A DNA stretch of 64,000 bases, taken from assembly GCA_009787405.1 (NCBI GenBank), contig WRGA01000122.1, positions 6,863-70,862 on the forward strand. Reading direction: 5' to 3'. The notes under the pieces are model-generated. The model saw nothing but the letters and a program-made list of their open reading frames with translations. It ran no database searches and was not told where the DNA came from. How positions within the stretch are numbered: position 1 is the first letter of the stretch; each line of letters opens with the position of its first letter. The translations under genes and the position numbers were made by a program. Shown here piece by piece: positions 1 to 8,519 of the stretch. This DNA is from Candidatus Azobacteroides sp. GTDB taxonomy: Bacteria > Bacteroidota > Bacteroidia > Bacteroidales > WRGA01.

Positions 1-807
1 AAAAATCTGATTTTCGGTTGTTCATCTAAAATAGAAGAAATCCGGGGAATCGGGGTCGGCGCTCCGAATGCCAATTATTATACAGGGACGATCGAATATT
101 CCGCCAATTTACCGTGGAGAAGCGTTGTCGAAATACGGAAAATGATTTCGGATAAAATCGGCATTCCCGTCGCCATCACCAACGATGCCAATGCAGCGGC
201 TATCGGCGAAATGACATATGGCGTGGCCAAAGGTCTGAAACATTTCATCATGATTACGTTGGGAACCGGCGTCGGCAGCGGAATCGTGATCGACGGGAAA
301 ATGGTTTACGGTCACGACGGTTTTGCCGGTGAATTGGGACACACTCGTTCGGGCAGGCATGAAGGACGCGCATGCGGCTGCGGAAAAGTCGATTGTCTGG
401 AAACATACACCTCGGCGAAAGGAGTGGCCCGTTCAGCCGTCAAAATGCTGGAAATATATCCCGATGTGCCGAGTATCATGCGGAATATTCCTCCGGATCA
501 ATTGGAATCAAAACATGTTTCGGAAGCCGCCGAAAAGGGGGAGAAACTTGCCGTTCAAATTTACGAGGAAACAGGGAAAATCTTAGGAGAATCGTTTGCC
601 GATTTCGTCACGTTTTCCAGTCCCGAAGCGATCGTTTTGTTCGGTGGATTGACCAAGGCAAAAGGATTGCTTTTGAATCCGATCAAAGAACACATGGAAA
701 AAAATCTGCTCCATATTTTCAAAAACAAAGTAAAAATCCTCGTCTCTCATTTGGATGAAACGGATGCCGCTGTATTGGGCGCAAGTGCATTGGGTTGGGA
801 AGCTTGA
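1..807 (+). CDS. ROK-family sugar kinase (glucokinase-like), 5' end outside window
   Basis: Frame 1 is open from base 1 (KNLIFGCSSKIEEIRGIGVGAPNANYY...) into the listed 142..807 ORF. ROK hallmarks are GELGH and the Cys cluster GRACGCGKVDCLETY. Confidence 0.85.
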   Translation, partial: KNLIFGCSSKIEEIRGIGVGAPNANYYTGTIEYSANLPWRSVVEIRKMISDKIGIPVAITNDANAAAIGEMTYGVAKGLKHFIMITLGTGVGSGIVIDGKMVYGHDGFAGELGHTRSGRHEGRACGCGKVDCLETYTSAKGVARSAVKMLEIYPDVPSIMRNIPPDQLESKHVSEAAEKGEKLAVQIYEETGKILGESFADFVTFSSPEAIVLFGGLTKAKGLLLNPIKEHMEKNLLHIFKNKVKILVSHLDETDAAVLGASALGWEA

Positions 808-876
808 TTTAAACTTTCAGTTAAAAGTTAAGAGTGAGGTCAAAAGTCACTACTATTACGTCAACGATAAGATACT

Positions 877-961
877 GTATTTAAATATTTTTTAACGCTA
901 AGACGCTAAGTTTTATTCTTCTTCGTGGTTTTGTGCCTTTGCGTTTAAAATATTTAAATAC
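877..961. repeat. REP-like palindromic intergenic element, copy 1
   Basis: A ~21-bp inverted repeat (gtatttaaatattttttaacgc ... gcgtttaaaatatttaaatac) flanks a core with aagacgc / ttgtgcctttgc. Related copies lie at 23996-24073 and 34886-34974. Confidence 0.6.
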
Positions 962-1231
962 AATATCTAATCATAGACACAACCCGACAAGAAAATCCGT
1001 AACAAAAACTCAACAAAAAACTTAACAAAATTTAACCTGATAAATCATCCGAAATCCGAAAAAGAAGATAGCTTTGCATACGAAGGGATTCCATAATTTA
1101 ACCGGAAACACCGAGCCGGAAGGCCCCAGAGTAATGCGGTAAAATCCACAGGAATTTCCCTGTTTTTTTGCGACAACGGTTCCCGATGCGGAATCAAAAA
1201 TCATTTAATCATTCCTTAATTCTTAACCGAC

Positions 1232-1360
1232 ATGAATAAATATCTTCTCTTTCCGGCTTTCCTGTTAAGTTCTCTTTCCGTTTTTTCCCAACACAGCTTA
1301 ACGGACAAATACAACATGATGCGCGCGGGCGACGAAATCGTCGTAACGGAATGTCCGTAA
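1232..1360 (+). CDS. possible 42-aa signal-peptide sORF upstream of the RHS gene
   Basis: The ATG ORF encodes MNKYLLFPAFLLSSLSVFSQHSLTDKYNMMRAGDEIVVTECP*, below the ORF-track cutoff. The N-terminus is hydrophobic and signal-like. It ends 15 nt before the RHS start. There is no other support. Confidence 0.2.
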   Translation: MNKYLLFPAFLLSSLSVFSQHSLTDKYNMMRAGDEIVVTECP

Positions 1361-1375
1361 TTAAAAAACAAACAC

Positions 1376-4300
1376 ATGAAAAAAATACAATACATACCAT
1401 CATTAATGATGTTGTGGATATATCCTGTATTTGTATATTCACAGAATCCCGGAGATATCATGGAACTGTCCTCGACACCGTCCGGAGGGGAAATCAAGGC
1501 CTGTCATTCCGTTATATTAAAACCGGGCTTCAGCTTTACGGCAACTTCCGGGCAAAGTCTGCTGTTGACAGTCGATCCGGGTGTCTGCAGCGCTTACGTG
1601 CAGAAAGACATATCATTGTCATCGTCCCGAAATTACATTGTCCGGGTAACGCCTCTGGACGAAACAGACCGTGTAAATATCACGGGTAACGGTATTGAGA
1701 CGGCCCGTAATGTACGGTCAGAGATAAGCATTCAATATTTCGACGGGTTGGGACGTCCCGTTGAGCTGGTACAGGCAGGCGTCACCCCTCTGCTTCATGA
1801 CCTGGTCACCTGTCAGGAATACGACGCTTTCGGACGGGAAAGCAAAACCTACCTTCCCGTTCCCGCGGCGGGCAACAACGGCGGTTATCTGTCTTCGTTT
1901 CCCCAAGTCTCGTATTACGGGGATGACAATCCGTATGCCGAAACGGGTTACGAACCCTCCCCGCTGAACCGTATAACAAGTCAGTACGGGCCCGGTACGG
2001 CATGGCGTGCGGACGGCGGACATCCCGTGAAAACGGAATACCTGACCAATACCGCTTCGGGCGTTCAATCCTGTGCATGTTATTTCGTGACTTCCGACGG
2101 AAAACTGTCCAAAAACGGCAATTATTCACCCGGTCAATTGTACGTGACCGGGACAACGGACGAAGACGGCAACGATACCTACGAATTCAAAGACAAGCTC
2201 GGCCGGGTTGTGCTGACCCGGATGACCGATAAAACACAATCGGGCGACAACAACCGCCTTCACGACACGTATTATGTGTACGACGATTTCGGGAACAAAC
2301 GGTTTGTGCTGCCTCCGTCGGCATCCGATGCATTGACGGCAGATAAGACGTGGGGTACGGACGACTATATTTTGGGGCTTTACGCCTATGCCTATAAATA
2401 CGACGACCGGATGCGCTGCACCGAAAAGAAACTGCCGGGCTGTGACCCCGTATATTTCGTATATGACAAAGCCGACCGGCTGATCCTGACCCAGGACGGA
2501 AACCAACGGCTCAAATCGGAATGGTCGTTCAACAAATACGACGCTTTCGGTCGGGTGATCTTATCGGGAATTTATGCCTCAACAACAAGTCACGCAGACC
2601 TGCAGACACAATTCAAATCAATTGTGGTGAAAGAAGAAGCCGGCACCGGAAATTACGGTTACACATGGAATACACCGCCGACGGTAACGCCGGACAAAGT
2701 GCTGACGGTGAATTATTACGACGATTACGAGTTTTTGCTGAACCGGGATCCCGTTTTCAGACAGAATTTAGATTACGAAACGAAAGCGGGCTACGGGGAG
2801 AAATACGTCAACGCACAATATCCGTCGTGTCCGGCCAAAGGATTGTTGGTCGGCACACGGGTGAAAATGCTTGACGGCAGCGGCAGGGAAATCGTCACGG
2901 CGATGTATTACGACGGCAAAGGCCGGCCGGTGCAGACCAAATCGGTCAATCATCTGGGGGGAGTCGACAAGGAATACGTCAGCTACGATTTTGTCGGCAA
3001 TCCGACGGAGCGGTTGCTCGTTCACGGCAGGGGGAACATCACCGAACAATACCGTTACGAATACGATCACGCCGGACGCCTGACCAAGACTTGGCATAAA
3101 ATCGACAATCAAAACGAGGTGCTGATGTCGGAGCAGGCGTATGACGATTTGGGACGGTTAAGCTCCAAGAAACTGCACAACGGCACGGAGACGGTCAATT
3201 ACGCTTACAACATCCGCGATTGGCTGAAAAGCATCAACAGTCCGCGCTTCGCGGAGTCGTTGTATTATCAGGATGCCCCGTCGGGAACAACCGCCCGGTA
3301 CAACGGGAATATCTCGGCGGTGACATGGAAGGTGGACCGGGAACCGTTTTACCGCACCTACAAGTTTTCGTATGACGGACTGGACCTGTTGACGGATTCA
3401 TACTACGGGGAAGGAAGCTCCCCGTCCGCCGTTACGGACAATAATCTTTTCGACGAATCTTTCCGGTACGACAAACAGGGGAACGTGACGTTTCTGTACC
3501 GGAACTCGGTGCCCGTTTCGGGGATGAGAAATCAGGGAGCGGTATCCGTCAATTCCTTGAGTTACACCTATTCGGGCAACCGTGTTCAAAGCATCCGCGA
3601 CACCGGATCGGGCGGTTTGACGCTTTACGGTTCCCAGGCGTTTTTGGACGGCGATACCCGGGATGCGGAATACCTGTACGATAAAAACGGGAACATGACG
3701 ACAGATTATAATAAAGGCATTGCCAAAATCAATTATAATGTATTGAATCTGCCGGAAGTCATGCAGTTCAAACAGGGACACGGCATCAATTACGGTTACG
3801 ACGCCTCGGGAACAAAACGGGTGGTTGACACCTATACGGCCAAAGAAGGGGTAACGGTACCGATGGGAACGACAGCGAGCGTCAGTGTGCTGTATCATTC
3901 GGGGTTGGATTATTGCGGCAACGCGGTGTATTTCGGATCGGGTACGGGCGTTTCGCGTCTTTACACTCCCGAAGGCTATATCAACCGGCAATACGGGGTG
4001 ACGGGTGATTGGGTTTATTACTACACGCTGAAAGATCATTTGGGCAGTGTACGGTACGAATTCAAAGGCGACGGCACAAACGTGGGTTACACACATTATT
4101 ACCCGTCGGGTATCGAATTTACCGATCCGGGCACAAACTCGCAAACGCTGCAAAGCAAAGAGCGGTATAACGGAAAAGAATTTCAAAGTGATTTCGGGCT
4201 GAATATGCTGGATTATTGGAAACGGAATTTGGATGCTTCGCGTTTTCAATTTACTACTATGGATCCGTTGGCAGAAAAGTATCCGTGGATAAGTCCTTAT

Positions 4301-5047
4301 GCCTATTGTGCAAATAATCCGGTAAATGCGGTGGATTTAAGAGGGGATAGCATTACATATGCTATTAATTCCACCATAACTAATCCTGATGGCACTACAA
4401 GTTTCAATAGTGAGAGATATTATTATGGACAGGATGCAAATGGAAATTATGGTTTTATCGGGGCTGATGGACAAATATATTCAGGCAGTAATGCGTATCT
4501 AAACAGTTTAACTACTGCAGTGAATGATTTGCGTACAGGAGGAAATGTCGGAAATTCCTTAGTCGGTGAGTTGATGAATTCAACTAATACCGTACAAATC
4601 GTACAGGGAAGAAATAATATTGCTGACCCTAACGGAGCTTTTATAAAATGGAATTCTAATTCCATTAATGGTAGTGTTAACGAAATAGGATCCTTATCTC
4701 GTCCTGCTTATATAGGATTAGGACATGAAATGGCTCATATTCAGGATATTTGGAACGGTACTTTTGATAATAGTACTTGGGCTATTGTTACTGACATAAA
4801 TGGCAATTCTGTAAATATTCCTAATTCAGAAAAATATGCAACACATATAGAAAATCAATTAAGGGCAGAGAACGGCATTTCCTTAAGAACACATTATACT
4901 TACGGTACAATTAACGGCAAAAATATTGGCGATGAAAGAACAAGAATTATAAATGGAAACGTAAGTTTATTTTACACTCAGTCTAATGGTTCCGTAAAAG
5001 GTATTTTATTATTATCAACCCCATTTATATATAATAGGAGGAGATAA
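1376..5047 (+). CDS. RHS/YD-repeat polymorphic toxin with C-terminal HExxH (zincin-like) toxin tip
   Basis: 1223-aa ORF. The N-terminus is signal-like (MKKIQYIPSLMMLWIYPVFVYSQ). The N-terminal region (NYIVRVTPL...IQYFDGLGRPV) resembles the DUF6443-type start of Bacteroidota RHS proteins. There are many YD repeats (YEFKDKLGRVV, YRYEYDHAGRL, YLYDKNGN). The core-end motif DPLAEKYPWISPYAYCANNPVNAVDLRGD lies at ~4262-4347. The AT-rich tip 4348-5047 carries HEMAH at 4724-4738. Confidence 0.93.
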   Translation: MKKIQYIPSLMMLWIYPVFVYSQNPGDIMELSSTPSGGEIKACHSVILKPGFSFTATSGQSLLLTVDPGVCSAYVQKDISLSSSRNYIVRVTPLDETDRVNITGNGIETARNVRSEISIQYFDGLGRPVELVQAGVTPLLHDLVTCQEYDAFGRESKTYLPVPAAGNNGGYLSSFPQVSYYGDDNPYAETGYEPSPLNRITSQYGPGTAWRADGGHPVKTEYLTNTASGVQSCACYFVTSDGKLSKNGNYSPGQLYVTGTTDEDGNDTYEFKDKLGRVVLTRMTDKTQSGDNNRLHDTYYVYDDFGNKRFVLPPSASDALTADKTWGTDDYILGLYAYAYKYDDRMRCTEKKLPGCDPVYFVYDKADRLILTQDGNQRLKSEWSFNKYDAFGRVILSGIYASTTSHADLQTQFKSIVVKEEAGTGNYGYTWNTPPTVTPDKVLTVNYYDDYEFLLNRDPVFRQNLDYETKAGYGEKYVNAQYPSCPAKGLLVGTRVKMLDGSGREIVTAMYYDGKGRPVQTKSVNHLGGVDKEYVSYDFVGNPTERLLVHGRGNITEQYRYEYDHAGRLTKTWHKIDNQNEVLMSEQAYDDLGRLSSKKLHNGTETVNYAYNIRDWLKSINSPRFAESLYYQDAPSGTTARYNGNISAVTWKVDREPFYRTYKFSYDGLDLLTDSYYGEGSSPSAVTDNNLFDESFRYDKQGNVTFLYRNSVPVSGMRNQGAVSVNSLSYTYSGNRVQSIRDTGSGGLTLYGSQAFLDGDTRDAEYLYDKNGNMTTDYNKGIAKINYNVLNLPEVMQFKQGHGINYGYDASGTKRVVDTYTAKEGVTVPMGTTASVSVLYHSGLDYCGNAVYFGSGTGVSRLYTPEGYINRQYGVTGDWVYYYTLKDHLGSVRYEFKGDGTNVGYTHYYPSGIEFTDPGTNSQTLQSKERYNGKEFQSDFGLNMLDYWKRNLDASRFQFTTMDPLAEKYPWISPYAYCANNPVNAVDLRGDSITYAINSTITNPDGTTSFNSERYYYGQDANGNYGFIGADGQIYSGSNAYLNSLTTAVNDLRTGGNVGNSLVGELMNSTNTVQIVQGRNNIADPNGAFIKWNSNSINGSVNEIGSLSRPAYIGLGHEMAHIQDIWNGTFDNSTWAIVTDINGNSVNIPNSEKYATHIENQLRAENGISLRTHYTYGTINGKNIGDERTRIINGNVSLFYTQSNGSVKGILLLSTPFIYNRRR

Positions 5048-5049
5048 TA

Positions 5050-5577
5050 ATGAAAATGCGATTGTTGATTTCAGTTATTATATTGGGAGAGTTTGTGATT
5101 TCTTGTGGAAGTTATAACAAGCGTATGATTAGTCTGTCAGATGATATCTTTAATTGTCCTATGTCAGCAAGTGATTATAATTCATTTCGTCTTTATATTC
5201 AACCTGTCAATTGGTATAAAGAATTAAAATTTTCCACAAAAAATGATACCATTTTTTTATTGGAATACCCTGGTATAGAAGGTGATTATTATTTTTCATT
5301 TTGGAATAAAAAAGATACACTGTCTTATTTTGAAGATAATGGACGATATAAATTTGCTCATAATAAAATGATATTTACAAAATACATGATGAAATTAGTA
5401 TCGGAATGGAATATTCTTGAAATTAGAGAAGAAGAAAAAAATCATTCAACTTTATTACTAGGTTATATATATGCAACAAGAATTATTATTAAGAATGGAA
5501 AACATAAAATTGATTGTATCCATTTTAAGGATTTTTTCGACTTGAAACGAGATGGTATGGATTTGGTAATATGGTAA
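5050..5577 (+). CDS. putative cognate immunity protein (lipoprotein-like)
   Basis: 175-aa ORF starting 2 nt after the RHS stop. It is AT-rich like the toxin tip and has a signal/lipobox-like N-terminus (LLISVIILGEFVISC). The call rests on position only. Confidence 0.55.
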   Translation: MKMRLLISVIILGEFVISCGSYNKRMISLSDDIFNCPMSASDYNSFRLYIQPVNWYKELKFSTKNDTIFLLEYPGIEGDYYFSFWNKKDTLSYFEDNGRYKFAHNKMIFTKYMMKLVSEWNILEIREEEKNHSTLLLGYIYATRIIIKNGKHKIDCIHFKDFFDLKRDGMDLVIW

Positions 5578-5734
5578 TGTTTCAAAGTTAGTGATGGGAT
5601 AAAAAGCAGGGGGTAATGTCTTCCCAAATTGAAATGAGATTAACGCCCGGCGATTATATTTCAAAGAAAAATGACAAATATGTTTACAACTATTACTACA
5701 AAGATTATTCGGGAAACATTCGTGCGGTAGTGTA

Positions 5735-6514
5735 GTGGACGAAAACAATGCTTTATCGGAAACAACGGACTATTATCCTTTCGGAATGCCTTATGCAAAA
5801 ATGGGAAATACAGCTTCGGTACAACCGGACAAATACAACGGCTTGGAATTGGATATGATGCACGGATTGAATTGGTACGATAATTCGGCACGTTGGTACG
5901 ATCCCGCACTCGGCCGGTTCACCGGGCCTGACCCGTTGGCGAAAAACACTCCCTGGATAAGCCCGTATGCGTGGTGTGGAAATAATCCGGTCAGATGGGT
6001 TGATTTGGAGAGAAGATGGTTCGGGCCTCTACCATCGGCGGTTCCGATGCCTCCCGTAACAACTCCGATTCCGGCAGCACCGCCGATTTCTACCAATCCT
6101 CCGCCTCTGCCGTCGTTGAGTGAAGTGGGGAATGCCATCGGAACTTTTATTGACAATAAAATTTCGCAGGTTAAATTTGTCGCGACATTGATTGAGTTGA
6201 CAATGGATGTTGCCGTAAATAAAATTAAGGATAACACGGAAAGTGGAAATACGAAAGATGATTTAAAAGGCAAAAATCAATCTGAAAATGAAACAAATAA
6301 AAAAGTAAATCCTAAAAAAGAAGCGAGAGAAAAGGCAAAAGAAGAAAGAGATAATCAAAAAGCATCTGAAAAACGAGCAAAAGATTTAGAAAAAGATTTA
6401 GAAAAAGCAAAAGGTCCTGATGCAAGAAGAGAAGCTCATGATGCTAAAGAAAAAGGAAGTGGAGATAGAACTCTAAAACAATTATTAGAAGATTATAATC
6501 CTGATAACTATTAA
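5735..6514 (+). CDS. orphan RHS C-terminal module 1 (core end plus Pro-rich linker plus Lys/Glu-rich tip of unknown type)
   Basis: DYYPFGMPY...LNWYDNSARWYDPALGRFTGPDPLAKNTPWISPYAWCGNNPVRWVD is an RHS core end. There is no RHS shell. It is preceded at 5655-5733 by an out-of-frame core remnant (NYYYKDYSGNIRAVV*). Confidence 0.65.
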   Translation: MDENNALSETTDYYPFGMPYAKMGNTASVQPDKYNGLELDMMHGLNWYDNSARWYDPALGRFTGPDPLAKNTPWISPYAWCGNNPVRWVDLERRWFGPLPSAVPMPPVTTPIPAAPPISTNPPPLPSLSEVGNAIGTFIDNKISQVKFVATLIELTMDVAVNKIKDNTESGNTKDDLKGKNQSENETNKKVNPKKEAREKAKEERDNQKASEKRAKDLEKDLEKAKGPDARREAHDAKEKGSGDRTLKQLLEDYNPDNY

Positions 6515-6524
6515 AAAAATAATT

Positions 6525-7124
6525 ATGAATAATTTTGAAGAAGATTTGAAAGACGCAATCGCGTGTAATGATATTGATTTCCTTAAAAAAAATAGAGATC
6601 AATATGACATTAATCATCGCTTTGCAGATGAAGACAATGATTCTTTGCTGTTATATGCTATTAGTGATAAAGGGAGTGAAGCATACAAATTTTTTCTTGA
6701 CAACGGAGCTGATACAACTTTAGTCAATAATGAAGGAGAAGGAATACTTCATGCTATTGTGTATTCCGGTATTCCGGAAAGGCTTTTAGAATTTATTAAA
6801 ACTCATACTTTCGACATTAATGCACGTACCAATGATGGTGCTACGCCATTATTGTTAGCTATATCTTTAGAACGATTAGAAATGGCAAAACTTTTAATTG
6901 AAAATAGGGCAGATGTTAACATTGGGGATGAAAATGACATAACTCCATTGCATTTAGCTGTTCAAACCGGCGACTTTAACTTGGTTGTTTCTTTAGTAGA
7001 AAAAGGAGCTAATTTGCATATAAAAACTCAAAAAGGAAATTATCCGTTGGCATTAGCGATCAATGGAGATCATGATAAAATTGTTAGATACCTTTTTGAA
7101 AAAATTTATTTGGGCTGCAAATAA
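6525..7124 (+). CDS. ankyrin-repeat protein, probable immunity protein for orphan module 1
   Basis: 199 aa with repeated ankyrin motifs (GATPLLLAI, ITPLHLAVQTGDFNLVVSLVEKGANL). It starts 10 nt after the orphan tip stop. Confidence 0.8.
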   Translation: MNNFEEDLKDAIACNDIDFLKKNRDQYDINHRFADEDNDSLLLYAISDKGSEAYKFFLDNGADTTLVNNEGEGILHAIVYSGIPERLLEFIKTHTFDINARTNDGATPLLLAISLERLEMAKLLIENRADVNIGDENDITPLHLAVQTGDFNLVVSLVEKGANLHIKTQKGNYPLALAINGDHDKIVRYLFEKIYLGCK

Positions 7125-7173
7125 CACCCTGCAAATAACGCCGAAAAAACAAACCAAAAGGTACGAATATCTG

Positions 7174-7295
7174 CTACGGCGGACATGTTGTCCGTCCGTG
7201 AGCTTATTCAAAAGGACATGCTGTCCGTCAGACAAAAGTCATATCACTGAAAATAAAAAATGTTTTTTATTGACATTATGTTTCTCTTATTATCC
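7174..7295. repeat. K-repeat copy 1 (~120 bp, two GGACA-TGT-TGTCC palindromes plus an ATG)
   Basis: Aligns by eye almost base-for-base with 14871-14993. Palindromes lie at 7181-7193 and 7214-7226. A related reversed site lies at 7351-7370. Confidence 0.75.
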
Positions 7296-7501
7296 CGAAA
7301 TCCCGGAATCGGAGTAAAAGTCGGACTGCAAGTCCTTTTGAACAAACAAAGGACAGACAACATGTCTGCCTTTCGCTATCGCGCGATTGCATCACGTGGT
7401 GATACAAATAAAAAGAAAGAGTTCTTTGAAAAAGATAATTATAATAGAAGAAGGATAGTTTTAACAATACCACGCGATACAATCACGCGGCAGCGAAAAG
7501 G

Positions 7502-8475
7502 GATGTCACAAACATCGGTAACACGCATTACTATCCCTCCGGAGTGGAGTTCACCGATCTGGAGGGATCGGGAAAGCAGTTGGTCGACAGGAGACGCTTC
7601 AACGACAAAGAGCTCCAAAGCGATTTCGGGCTGAACTGGTATGATTTTGTGGCGCGCGGTTATGATCCGGCCGTGGTAAGACCTTGGCAAATAGACCCGT
7701 TGGCGGAAAAACGTCCGTGGGAGTCCCCGTATTTGTGGTGCGGCGGAAATCCGATGAATGCAATTGATCCGGACGGAAGGGATTATTGGAGTACGAATAA
7801 CCCCGAATTGATACGGCAGTTTATAAATTCCGTCGGCCGTAATGCACAATATTATGATTTTTCGGGTTGGAATCATGCCACGGATGCCCAATTTACGGCA
7901 AATCTGACTTATAACGACAACACAGGAAAATTCTATACGAGTTATACAACCATTGAAAGCGGGGAAGTAACAGCCGTCAGCAAATCTTTTGATGCCAATC
8001 TGAAGCCTGTATCGTTAACGGGACAAGGTTATCCGGGAGCATTTGTGTATAACTATGCAGGAGGAATGGGCGGACTGTACGGTATCGGTTATGATGCAGC
8101 ACAATTCTTGGATGCGTCTTCTCTGGTTTCAAATCTCGCAGGATTTGACCCTCATTATTACGGTGATTGGAATGTTGATGCTTCGGGACGTATAACGGGA
8201 TTGAATGCATTCCAGCTCGCAAAAAAAAGTAATGGCAAGAGTTTATCCAGGTTATTCATCAAAGGTTTTGGAGAAGTTGATAAAAGCTTATTTCATGATG
8301 TGATAAAAAAGATATTTTAACAGCTGCAGGAGGAAAAGGATTATTATCTAAAATAGTAGGGGGCAATCCAGATATTACTATTGTTAATGGCAAAATAGTA
8401 TTACAAGGAACTGGAGGTGGTTTTAGAGGAAAAACTTACAATACGGGTTTGAATGCGAACGACTTCTTAAAATAA
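7502..8475 (+). pseudogene. orphan RHS C-terminal module 2, split by a frameshift in an A-run
   Basis: Homology to the main core end starts at NIGNTHYYPSGVEF and runs through DPLAEKRPWESPYLWCGGNPMNAIDPDGRDY. The listed ORF ends at 8320. The tip continues in another frame from 8299 to 8475 (DILTAAGGKGLLSKIVGGNPDITIVNGKIVLQGT...GLNANDFLK*). The frame switch lies at the A-run around 8305-8310. Confidence 0.6.
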
Positions 8476-8519
8476 AATGGAGATGAGTAATTTAGAAGAC
8501 ATACTAAAAATAAGATGAA

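Noticed and set aside
3398-4249. 283-aa minus-strand ORF, and other antisense ORFs inside the RHS gene (1718..2068, 1806..2156, 2126..2506, 2768..3112)
   Set aside because: They are antisense to a 1223-aa ORF with unmistakable YD repeats. Long antisense ORFs are expected in GC-rich repeat-coding DNA.
7260-7634. 124-aa ORF starting in K-repeat copy 1
   Set aside because: It runs out of frame across the RHS-homologous start of orphan module 2 and has an implausible basic, low-complexity sequence. Only the ATG and repeat are noteworthy, and they are covered in the findings.
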